Below are positions 1 through 15,200 of a stretch of DNA of 64,000 nucleotides, piece by piece. The number at the start of each line of letters is the position of its first letter. Positions within the stretch are counted from its first letter, which is position 1. The stretch is taken from assembly GCA_951406725.2 (NCBI GenBank), contig OX597818.1, positions 137,826,001 to 137,890,000 of the forward strand, in the 5' to 3' direction. Source of the stretch: Octopus vulgaris (taxonomy: Eukaryota). A program made the position numbers and the translations under genes. Below the pieces are notes generated by a model. It worked only from the letters and a program-made list of their open reading frames with translations. It made no database searches and had not been told where the DNA came from.

Positions 1-19
1 TCAACTGCATCTTAATCAT

Positions 20-99
20 TGCCACTTTGCCACTTTCATTATTACCGTCACTTGCTTCCTCATTATCGTCATCACCCCCACCATCTTCCTCCTCCTCCC

Positions 100-132
<33 letters not shown>

Positions 133-470
133 TATCACCGTTACGACGATCAACAGCAATTTCGTTATTTTCATGACTGGGACCATAATCATCATTATGA
201 TTAACATTAACACTGTTACTACCATCACACGACCATCATCATCACCATTATCAGTCTACCTCTACCGCCACCACCGCAACCACCATCACCCACCACCACC
301 ACCATCACACCACCACCATCGTCACAACTACCGCCACCTCCACCGTCGTTGTCAACACATCACTATCATCACTACCATCGATACCACTACCATTACAAAT
401 ACCACGATCATTACCATCGTTGCTTTCGTCGTTAACGTCGTCGCCATTACCATAGTCGCTGCAGTTGTCT
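20..470. repeat. Degenerate (CAT)n/(CAC)n trinucleotide low-complexity tract
   Basis: Pure (CAT)n at ~100-130 within decayed CAT/CAC/CGT triplets; explains the poly-His/Met/Thr ORFs. Confidence 0.9.
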
Positions 471-696
471 AACATCTCCTCACCGACATTCTAGAATCGA
501 TTTCGGGACATTTCCCAATTATCTGGATCGATAAGCTTCCTTAACTCTCCCCTCTTCACACCATATATAGAACGTGGCTGTCGTGAAAATATGATTAGTT
601 TGCAACTTTGCAGCAATTAATTCTAATAAAAAAAAAAAAACATACATACATATTCTATAGCATTTAAATTGTATAAATATATAAATACCCAATCGT

Positions 697-2394
<1,698 letters not shown>

Positions 2395-3328
2395 TGATGT
2401 TAGTTTTTACGTTCAGTTATAATAAAAACAGTTTTACATCACATTAATCTATTAATCTGATAGATTTACTCTAGACAGTCAGACCGAAATTCGAAGTTAC
2501 TGTCAATAATATTCTTGTTGAAAAATAACATATATATGTGTGTGTGTGCGTGTGCGTAGAGAGATAGATATACATATACGCTACTCATATACGATTATAT
2601 GTACATCCATATATTGACACATATTTATGTATATCCATGCAGCGAGATACATATATATACACATAAATAGATACATACACACATATATGTGTTCGATGTT
2701 GTAAGATCTAATGATTATATAACATTCATATTAACCAGGTATTTCTTATTTATTAAACCATCTTTCACCAAGATTTTGTCTTAGATATCTAGTGTAGTTA
2801 ACCGATTTTATACATTCTATACTCACAATCTCCATTCCTTTGAAGAATTTGTATTTATATACAAAGTGGGTAATAAACCTGTAGTATTACTCTTAATAAT
2901 CCTTACAAGAGTTCAATGCCCATTATCGTTAATAAGCGCTATAATCGGTTAATATAAACAGTTGTAAAGTGTTTGTCTTCAAATTAGTTGATATACCTTT
3001 ACGCTTTTGGCAGAAAGCGTTTGATCCTTGTTGAAAAGCTTATCAATACATGAAAAATGACCACCTCAGCCTCTCTTGGAAACGAATTTGCATACGCCAA
3101 TAACGAATACATACACACAAACACTCTCACACACTTACACAAGCGCACACATATAAGTATGCATGTGTGTATATATTCACAAGGACACACGTGTTTAATC
3201 ATGCAAGCACATACAAGCTGTTATAGGAATTTAGAAGAGAAATCTTGAAAGCATTAAGAGCTTTGTTAACTGAAAATCGATATTTGGTCAAGCTCAACGC
3301 TCACAACGAGATAATTTGATTCTGTGTG

Positions 3329-3684
3329 TTAAATAGCCATTTTTAGGGTTATATTACACAGTTTCAGTTCATTAGTCAAGGATGGGGCCTCTAAGAGGTC
3401 GCTTGACTGTTTAGTAGCAAAATTTACCTCAAAAGACAGATTGCCATCGTAAACCAGATAATGTATTCCTGTATCTGCCACTGCATCGTACATGGATACC
3501 CTGGATAAAACATTTTGTGGAAGAGCAGTGGTTGTCCATGCATGCAAGGTTTTCCCCCTCCATGGTAACCAAGAAAATAACAGGGCCAATACAGCTTGGT
3601 GCCAGTGTTATTGCAGCTGTTATCAGAATGCAAAGAACCAGAACAGATATTACAAGGCATCCTCTCGATGCTTTATCAGTCCTG
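3329..3684. other. Unique-sequence island, possible decayed exon or transposase relic (unassigned)
   Basis: Non-repetitive with higher GC; minus-strand AG at 3682-3683 followed by an ~83-codon open frame (TDKASRGCLVISVLVLCILITAAITLAP...MDNHCSSTKCF...SVF*). Confidence 0.25.
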
Positions 3685-4529
3685 TTAATCTTTCATCCAT
3701 GATTAGTACATTATCGACACTGAAATTAAGAAAGTTAAAGTTGACCACCTCACAAATTGAACTCGGTACACAAGAGTTGAGAGGACACAATCGTGACTGG
3801 AATAATTCGGTCGAATGTTTGCGCAGTCAAAAAACTTTTCTTAGGCTAAACGATCACAACAATTACATAATCAGTCCGTACTGTACATTTCTAGCGAAAA
3901 CAAGCGAGCTGAAGACATAAGAGAGATAACCATAAGCTCAAAATGTTATTTGTTGTTGTATAGCCCCAGGTCGGCCCTAATTAAGCAGTATTGTGATCGT
4001 TAGCATTCCGACTGTTGCCATTCCAACTCTATTTTCCTCAGAGTATATGTATCTAAATCTTTATGATCCAGTGTAGTATTAACTATAATCATCATGAACG
4101 TTATATCAAGAGTGTAATGTATGTGGAATATAGCTGTTATGTTTAGCATGTGGAAAGACTGCAAAGAATTTACTTCTAGGTATTAAACTCGAGGAAAGTG
4201 GTAGAGCATTACATGAATACTGAGAGATATAGGAAGAATAGAAAGAATTACGGCCGCAGACAAAACTTTATAATCAAGCAATAATATAATGGTAGAATAA
4301 TGCTTTCTAATTTTGATGCAAGGCCAACAGTTTTGAATAGAGGGGGTAAATTGATGGCATCGTTTCTGTACTAGACGAGTGCTTTATATTCTTGACTTCG
4401 GAGGAATGAAAAAGACAAGTTAACTTCGGTGGAGTTTGAACGCTGAATGTAAAGAGCAAGAAAAAATAACGCAACGCATTTTCTAGACGCACGAACGATT
4501 TTGCTAGCTAGCTTCCATAAATGGCAAAA

Positions 4530-4675
4530 TAGTCCTTTCTGCTATAAGCACAAGTCATGAAAGTTTGAGGGAGGAAGATAGTCGATTACATCGACCCCAA
4601 TGTTCAACTTGTACCTATTTCATCGATCCCCAAAAAATGAAAAGTGAAGTCGAGCTCGGGGGAATTTGAACTCAC
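4530..4675 (-). mobile_element. tRNA-derived SINE family C fragment
   Basis: Matches the window's GTCGATTACATCGACCCC...TGAAA.G..AAGTCGA..TCGG.GGAATTTGAACTC family. Confidence 0.75.
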
Positions 4676-4816
4676 TTAAAGATCTCCCGCACCCATTCCG
4701 ATATATGAGATACTTATGAACTACATTAGTTATGCGAGTTCATTCAAGTTTCACAAACGGTTGCTTTCTCCCGCCTTCCCCCTTCACTCGCTCACACGCA
4801 CACTCTCTTTCTCTCA

Positions 4817-4872
<56 letters not shown>

Positions 4873-5061
4873 ATTTATTTATGTATCTATCTACCTATCG
4901 CTTTATTTACCTTGGACTACATTCCAGCGTTTCGAAAAAGGAAACTTAAGCATTGGTTTTCCAAAAGAATAGTGTTCCTAGATGTTTTCTCTCAGTCAAT
5001 ATTTCATTTAATGATATATATATATATATATATGTATAAACAGATGTGGTACAACAAGGCA

Positions 5062-5100
<39 letters not shown>

Positions 5101-5106
<6 letters not shown>

Positions 5107-6170
5107 ATGAAGCCTTTGACACAATCATCTTAACGCACACCATCATAAAGAGCAAACGACAGCCCAAATCTATGAAAAGCCTCCTAACACAAGCCCGAAT
5201 ACGCTCAACAACAACACTGAAGCCATCAGTACAAAAAAGAACGGAAAATCTAACTGTGGTATATGCGTCTGCCTAATTGAGAGATCAGAGTTCTCTTTCA
5301 AACAGGGTCAACATTTCACAGTGAAAGCAACTTCACATGTGCTTCAGAGAACCTGATATATGTAGGAACCTATTCTGGGTGTCGAGAGTAATAAATAGGC
5401 CAAACCAAAAACTCTCGACATCAATGGATGGCTCTGCACAGATCCCAGATCAAAAATCGGAAATAAAGAAAAATAGCATTCAGCGAACACATCGACATTT
5501 GCGCTAACAAGCAACCCAGCTGCAGAACGTTCCCCTCTATCGAATCAGGAACGATGCAACCTGTAGTCAGCGCATTAGTAAAGAGTCATTCTTTATCACA
5601 AAAAATAAAACCCAATTGAATGCATCCAACACAAATGACACTATAACACCCAGACAAATATTAAAAACGATATATTCAGATATATTCAGAACAGTCACTT
5701 CACATGAATTTATTCAGAATAATTCCAATCACTACTATTACAACCACAACGGGTCACTGTTAGGTCACTTGTCCATTTAAGAGGATTCCACCAACATCCT
5801 ACTACTGTCTTACTACTCACGCATTCTCCTCCTCCTCCTTCTTCTTCCTCTTCTTCCTCTTCTTCGTCGCCTCCTTTCTCAACTACTACTGCTGCTTAAA
5901 CAATCAAAGACAAGAATTCATATCGAATTACTATAAGTTGCTGCCAACTACCAAGAACTCACAAGAGTAAAAAAGAGAGACAGAGACAGACAGAAAAAAA
6001 ATAAATGTCCCTTGCATTTGAAAACTATGGAAATATTTTAAAAAAATGTTTCATTTAATTTTTCCATAATTTAATTGTTTTTCATGCTTTACTCTAAATT
6101 GAAAAAGTTGGAAAGTCTGGAACCGGTACTAAAATGTTCTTCATGATAAAATTATTTCAACATTTTCTAC
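5101..6170 (+). mobile_element. Penelope-like retroelement remnant: degraded GIY-YIG endonuclease plus 3'/pLTR region
   Basis: Frameshifted translation IIKSKRQPKSMKSLLTQAR...NCGIC...NFTCASENLIYVGTYSGCRE**IGQT...LHRSQI...FSEHIDIC...RISKESFFI...LN has the PLE CxxC linker, LIY/YIG motifs and C-terminal E..LN; stops and frameshifts present. Confidence 0.85.
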
Positions 6171-6202
6171 CTTGTCATATATATACATATGTGAGTGTGA
6201 GT

Positions 6203-9200
6203 TGAAACATTTTCATCAGACATTTTCATCAAATATATTCGTCAAACATTTTCATCAGTTCTTTGGTCAAACATTTTCATCAAATATTTTCATCAAACAT
6301 TTTCATCAGACATTTTCATCAGACATTTTCATCAGACATTCATTTTCATCAAACATTTTCATCAGACATTTTCATCAGACATTTTCATCAAACATTTTAA
6401 TCAGACATTTTCATAATACATTTTCATCAAACATTTTCATCAAACATATTCATCAAACATTTTCATCAAACATTTTCATTTTGATGAAACATTTTTTCAT
6501 CGAACATTTTAATGAAAATGTTTGATGAAAATGTTTGATGAAAATGTTTGATGAAAATATTTGATGAAAATGTCTGATGAAAATGTTTGATGAATATGGT
6601 TGATGAAAATTATTGACGAAAATGTGTGATGAAAATTTTCATCAAATATATTCGTCAAACATTTTCATCAGACATTTCGTCACACATTTTCATCAAACAT
6701 ATTCATCAAACATTTTCATCAGACATTTTCATCAAACATTTTAATCAAACATTTTCATTTTGATGAAACATCTTCATCAGACATTTCGTCAAACATTTTC
6801 ATCAAATATTTTCATTAAACATTTTCATCAAACATTTTCATCAAACATTTAAACATTTTCATTTTGATGAAACATTTTCATCAGACATTTCGTGAAACAT
6901 TTTCATCAAATATTTTCATCAAAAATTTTCATCAAACATATTCATGAAACATTTTCATCAGGCATTTTCATCAAATACTTTCATCAAACATTTTCATTAG
7001 ACATTTTCATCAAATATTTTCATCAAACATTTTCATCAAACATTTTTATCAAACATTTTCGTCAAATATTTTCATCAAACATTTTCATCGGACATATGCA
7101 TCAAATATATTCGTCAAACATTTTAATCAGACATTTCGTCAAACATTTTCATCAAATATTTTCATCAGACATTTTCATCAAACATTTTCATCAGACATTT
7201 TCATCAGACATTTTCATCAAACATTTTCATCAGACATTTTCATCAAACATTTTCACCAAACATATTCAAACATTTTCATCAGACATTTTCATCAAACATT
7301 TTCATCAAACATTTTCATCAGACATTTTCATCAAACATTTTCATCAAACATTTTCATCAAACATTTTCATCAAGCATTTTCATCAAACATTTTCATCAAA
7401 CATATTCATCAAACATTTTCATCAGACATTTTCATCAAACATTTTCATGAAACATTTTCATTTTGATGAATCATTTTTCCATCGAACATTTTCATCAAAC
7501 ATTTTCATCAAATATTTTCATCATACATTTTCATCAAACATATTCATCAAACATTTTCATCAAACATTTTCATCAGACATTTCGTCAAACATTTTCATCA
7601 AATATTTTCATTTTGAGGAAACATTTTTTTCATCAGACATATTCATCAATCAACATTTTCATCAAAGATTTTCATCAGACATTTTCATCAAACATTTTCA
7701 TCAAACATTTTCGTCAAATATTTTCATCAAACATTTTCATCGGACATTTTCACCAAATATATTCGTCAAACATTTTCATCTAACATTTTCATTTTGATGA
7801 AACATTTTTTCATCAAACATTTTCATAAAATATTTTCATCATACATTTTAATCAAATATATTCATCAAACATTTTCATCGGACATTTTCATCGGACATTT
7901 TCATCAAATATATTCGACAAACATTTTCATCAGACATTTCGTCAAACATTTTCATCAAATATTTTCATCAGACATTTTCATCAGACATTTTCATCAGACA
8001 TTTTCATTTTGAAACATTTTTTAATCAAACATTTTCATCAAACATTTTCATCAGACATTTTCATCAGACATTTTCATCAAACATTTTCATCAAACATTTT
8101 CATCAAACATTTTCATCAAACATTTTCATCAAACATTTTCATCTATCATTTTCATCAAACACTTTCATCAAACAATAGTCATCAAACATTTTCATCAAAC
8201 ATATTCTTCAAACATTTTCATCAGACATTTTCATCAAACATTTTCATCAAACATTTTCATTTTGATGAAACATTTTTTCATCGAACATTTTCATCAAACA
8301 TTTTCATCAAATATTTTCATCATACATTTTCATCAAACATATTCATCAAACATTTTCATCAAACATTTTCATCAGACATTTCGTCAAACATTTTCATCAA
8401 ATATTTTCATTTTGATGAAACATTTTTTCATCAAACATTTTCATCATACATTTTCATCAAATATATTCATCAAACATTTTCATCGGACATTTTCATCGGA
8501 CATTTTCATCAAATATATTCGTCAAACATTTTCATCAGACATTTCGTCAAACATTTTCATCAAATATTTTCATCACACATTTTCATCAGACATTTTCATC
8601 AGGCATTTTCATTTTGATGAAACATTTTTTAATCAAACATTTTCATCAAACATTTTCATCAGACATTTTCATCAAACATTTTCATCAAACATTTTCATTT
8701 TGATGAAACATTTTTTCATCAAACATTTTCATCAGACATTTTCATCAGACATTTTCATCAAACATTTTAATCAGACATTTTCATAATACATTTTCATCAA
8801 ACATTTTCATCAAACATATTCATCAAACATTTTCATCAAACATTTTCATTTTGATGAAACATTTTTTCATCGAACATTTTCATGAAAATGTTTGATGAAA
8901 ATGTTTGATGAAAATGTTTGATGAAATATTTGATGAAAATGTCTGATGAAAATGTTTGATGAATATGGTTGATGAAAATTATTGACGAAAATGTGTGATG
9001 AAAATTTTCATCAAATATATTCGTCAAACATTTTCATCAGACATTTCGTCACACATTTTCATCAAACATATTCATCAGACATTTTCATCAGACATTTTCA
9101 TCAAACATTTTAATCAAACATTTTCATTTTGATGAAACATCTTCATCAGACATTTCGTCAAACATTTTCATCAAATATTTTCATTAAACATTTTCATCAA

Positions 9201-12200
9201 ACATTTTCATCAAACATTTAAACATTTTCATTTTGATGAAACATTTTCATCAGACATTTCGTGAAACATTTTCATCAAATATTTTCATCAAAAATTTTCA
9301 TCAAACATATTCATGAAACATTTTCATCAGGCATTTTCATCAAATACTTTCATCAAACATTTTCATTAGACATTTTCATCAAATATTTTCATCAAACATT
9401 TTCATCAAACATTTTTATCAAACATTTTCGTCAAATATTTTCATCAAACATTTTCATCGGACATATGCATCAAATATATTCGTCAAACATTTTAATCAGA
9501 CATTTCGTCAAACATTTTCATCAAATATTTTCATCAGACATTTTCATCAAACTTTTTCATCAGACATTTTCATCAAACATTTTCATCAGACATTTTCATC
9601 AAACATTTTCACCAAACATATTCATCAAACATTTTCATCAGACATTTTCATCAAACATTTTCATCAAATATTTTCATCGGACATTTTCATCAGACATTTT
9701 CATCAAACATTTTCATCAGACATTTTCATCAAACATTTTCACCAAACATTTTCATCAGACATTTTCATCAGACATTTTCATCAAACATTTTCATCAAACA
9801 TTTTCATCAGACATTTTCATCAAACATTTTCATCAAACATATTCATCAAACATTTTCATCAGACATTTTCATCAAACATATTCATCAAACATTTTCATCA
9901 AACATTTTCATCAAACATATTCATCAAACATTTTCATCAAACATTTTCATCAAACATTTTCATTTTGATGAAACATTTTTTCATCGAACATTTTCATCAA
10001 ACATTTTCATCAAACATTTTCATTTTGATGAAACATTTTTTCATCGAACATTTTCATCAAACATTTTCATCAAATATTTTCATCATACATTTTCATCAAA
10101 CATATTCATCAAACATTTTCATCAACAATTTTCATCAGACATTTCGTCAAACATTTTCATCAAATATTTTCATTTTGAGGAAACATTTTTTCATCAGACA
10201 TATTCATCAATCAACATTTTCATCAAAGATTTTCATCAGACATTTTCATCAAACATTTTCATCGAACATTTTTGTCAAATATTTTCATCAAACATTTTCA
10301 TCGGACATTTTCACCAAATATATTCGTCAAACATTTTCATCAAACATTTTCATTTTGATGAAACATTTTTTCATCAAACATTTTCATCAAACATTTTCAT
10401 AAAATATTTTCATCATACATTTTCATCAAATATATTCATCAAACATTTTCATCGGACATTTTTATCAAACATTTTCGTCAAATATATTCGTCAAACATTT
10501 TCATCAGACATTTCGTCAAACATTTTCATCAAATATTTTCATCAGACATTTTCATCAGACATTTTCATCAGACATATTCATCAAACATTTTCATCAGACA
10601 TTTTCATTTTGATGAAACATTTTTTAATCAAACATTTTCATCAAACATTTTCATCAGACATTTTCATCAAACATTTTCATCAAACATTTTCATTTTGATG
10701 AAACATTTTTTCATCAAACATTTTCATCAAACATTTTCATCATACATTTTCATCAAATATATTTGATGAAAATGACGAAATGTCTGATGAAAATATTTGA
10801 CGAATATATTTGATGAAAATGTCCGATGAAAATTTTTGATGAAAATATTGGACGAGAATGTTTGATAAAAATGTTTGATGAAAATGTTTGATGAAAATGT
10901 TTGATGAAAATGTTTGATGAAAATATTTGATGAAAATGTCTGATGAAAATGTTTGATGAATATGGTTGATGAAAATTATTGACGAAAATGTGTGATGAAA
11001 ATTTTCATCAAATATATTCGTCAAACATTTTCATCAGACATTTCGTCACACATTTTCATCAAACATATTCATCAAACATTTTCATCAGACATTTTCATCA
11101 AACATTTTAATCAAACATTTTCATTTTGATGAAACATCTTCATCAGACATTTCGTCAAACATTTTCATCAAATATTTTCATTAAACATTTTCATCAAACA
11201 TTTTCATCAAACATTTAAACATTTTCATTTTGATGAAACATTTTCATCAGACATTTCGTGAAACATTTTCATCAAATATTTTCATCAAAAATTTTCATCA
11301 AACATATTCATGAAACATTTTCATCAGGCATTTTCATCAAATACTTTCATCAAACATTTTCATCAGACATTTTCATCAAATATTTTCATCAAACATTTTC
11401 ATCAAACATTTTTATCAAACATTTTCGTCAAATATTTTCATCAAACATTTTCATCGGACATATGCATCAAATATATTCGTCAAACATTTTAATCAGACAT
11501 TTCGTCAAACATTTTCATCAAATATATTCATCAGACATTTTCATCAAACATTTTCATCAGACATTTTCATCAGACATTTTCATCAAACATTTTCATCAAA
11601 CATTTTCATCAAACATTTTCATCAGACATTTTCATCAAACATTTTCATCAAACATTTTCATCAAACATTTTCATCAAACATTTTCATCAAACATATTCAT
11701 CAAACATTTTCATCAGACATTTTCATCAAACATTTTCATCAAACATTTTCATTTTGATGAAACATTTTTTCATCGAACATTTTCATCAAACATTTTCATC
11801 AAATATTTTCATCATACATTTTCATCAAACATATTCGTCAAATATTTTCATCAAACATTTTCATCGGACATTTTCACCAAATATATTCGTCAAACATTTT
11901 CATCAAACATTTTCATCAAACATTTTCGTCAAATATTTACATCAAACATTTTCATCGGACATTTTCACCAAATATATTCGTCAAACATTTTCATCAAACA
12001 TTTTCAATTTCATGAAACATTTTTCCATCAAACATTTTCATCAAACATTTTCATAAAATATTTTCATCATACATTTTCATCAAATATATTCATCAAACAT
12101 TTTCATCGGAAATTTTCATCGGACATTTTCATCAAATATATTCGTCAAACATTTTCATCAGACATTTTCATCATACATATTCATCAAACATTTTCATCAA

Positions 12201-15200
12201 ACATTTTCATCAGACATATTCATCATACATTTTCATCAGACATTTTCATTTTGATGAAACATTTTTAATCAAACATTTTCATCAAACATTTCCATCAGAC
12301 ATTTTCATCAAACATTTTCATCAAACATTTTCATTTTGATGAAACATTTTTTCATCAAACATTTTCAACAAACATTTTCATCATACATTTTCATCAAATA
12401 TATTTGATGAGAATGACGAAATGTCTGATGAAAATCTTTGACGAATATATTTGATGAAAATGTCCGATGAAAATTTTTGATGAAAATATTGGACGAGAAT
12501 GTTCGATAAAAATGTTTGATGAAAATGTTTGATGAAAATGTTTGATGAAAATGTTTGATGAAAATATTTGATGAAAATGTCTGATGAAACTGTTTGATGA
12601 ATATGTTTGATGAAAATTATTGATGAAATGTTTGATGAAAATTTTCATCAAATATATTCGTCAAACATATTCATCAGACATTTCGTCACACATTTTCATC
12701 AAACATATTCATCAAACATTTTCATCAGACATATTCATCAAACATTTTCATCAGACATTTTCATTTTGAAACATTTTTTAATCAAACATTTTCATCAAAC
12801 ATATTCATCAAACATTTTCATCAGACATTTTCATCAGACATTTTCTTCAGACATCTTCATCAAACATTTTCATCAAACATTTTAATCAAACATTTTCATT
12901 TTGATGAAACATCTTCATCAGACATTTCGTCAAACATTTTCATCAAATATTTTCATTAAACATTTTCATCAAACATTTTCATCAAACATTTAAACATTTT
13001 AATCAAACATTTTCATCAAAAATTTTCATCAAACATATTCATCAAACATTTTCATCAGGCATTTTCGTCAAATATTTTCATCAAACATTTTCATCGGACA
13101 TTTGCATCAAATATATTTCGTCAAACATTTTAATCAGACATTTCGTCAAACATTTTCATCAAATATTTTCATCAGACATTTTCATCAGACATTTTCATCA
13201 GACATATTCATCAAACATTTTCATCAGACATTTTCATTTTGAAACATTTTTTAATCAAACATTTTCATCAAACATATTCATCAAACATTTTCATCAGACA
13301 TTTTCATCAGACATTTTCTTCAGACATCTTCATCAAACATTTTCATCAGACATTTTCATCAAACATTTTCATCAGACATTTTCATCAAACATTTTCATCA
13401 AACATTTTCATCAAACATTTTCATCAAACATGTTCATCAAACATATTCATCAGACATTTTCATCAGACATTTTCATCAAACATTTTCATCAAACATTTTC
13501 ATTTTGATGAAACATTTTTTCATCGAACATTTTCATCAAACATTTTCATCAAATATTTTCATCATACATTTTCATCAAACATATTCATCAAACATTTTCA
13601 TCAAACATTTTCATCAGACATTTCGTCAGACATCTTCATCAAATATTTTCATTTTGATGAAACATTTTTCATCAAACATTTTCATTTTCATGAAACATTT
13701 TTTCATCAAACATTTTCATCAAACATTTTCATCAAACATTTTCATCAAACATTTTCATCAGACATTTTCTTCAGACATTTTCATCAAACATTTTCATCAG
13801 ACATTTTCATCAGACATTTTCATCAAACATTTTCATCAGACATTTTCATCAAACATTTTCATCAAACATGTTCATCAAACATATTCATCAAACATTTTCA
13901 TCAGACATTTTCATCAAACATTTTCATTTTGATGAAACATTTTTTCATCGAACATTTTCATCAAATATTTTCATCATACATTTTCATCAAACATATTCAT
14001 CAAACATTTTCATCAAACATTTTCATCAGACATTTCGTCAAACATTTTCATCAAATATTTTCATTTTGATGAAACATTTTTTTAATCAGACATATTCATC
14101 AATCAACATTTTCATCAAAGATTTTCATCAGACATTTTCATCAAACATTTTCATCAAACATTTTCATCAAACATTTTCATAAAATATTTTCATCATACAT
14201 TTTCATCAAATATATTCATCAAACATTTTCATCGGACATTTTCATCGGACATTTTCATCAAATATATTCGTCAAACATTTTCATCAGACATTTCGTCAAA
14301 CATTTTCATCAAATATTTTCATCAGACATTTTCATCAGACATATTCATCAAACATTTTCATCAGACATTTTCATTTTGATGAAACATTTTTTAATCAAAC
14401 ATTTTCATCAAACATTTTCATCAGACATTTTCATCAAATATTTTCATCAAAAATTTTCATTTTGATGAAACATTTTTTCATCAAACATTTTCATCAAACA
14501 TTTTCATCGTACATTTTCATCAAATATATTTGATGAAAATGACGAAATGTCTGATGAAAATGTTTGACGAATATATTTGATGAAAATGACCGATCAAAAT
14601 TTTTGATGAAAATATTGGACGAGAATGTTTGATAAAAATGTTTGATGAAAATGTTTGATGAAAATGTTTGATGAATGTGTTTGATGAAAATATTTGATTA
14701 AAATGTCTGATGAAACTGTTTGATGAATATGTTTGATGAAAAATATTGATGAAATGTTTGATGAAAATTTTCTTCAAATATATTCGTCAAACATTTTCAA
14801 CAGACATTTCGTCACACATTTTCATCAAACATATTCATCAAACATTTTCATCAGACATTTTCATCAAACATTTTAATCAAACATTTTCATTTTGATGAAA
14901 CATCTTCATCAGACATTTCATTAAACATTTTCATCAAAATTTTCAAACATTTTCATCAAACATTTAAACATTTTAATCAAACATTTTCATTTTGATGAAA
15001 CATTTTCATCAGACATTTCGTGAAACATTTTCATCAAATATTTTCATCAAAAATTTTCATCAAACATATTCATCAAACATTTTCATCAGGCATTTTCATC
15101 AAATACTTTCATCAAACATTTTCATCAGACATTTTCATCAAATATTTTCATCAAACATTTTCATCAAACATTTTTATCAAACATTTTCGTCAAATATTTT

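Noticed and set aside
3492-3920. GRAVVVHA resembling Cu/Zn superoxide dismutase
   Set aside because: The following DDLG and GNAG.R.ACG motifs are absent; chance match
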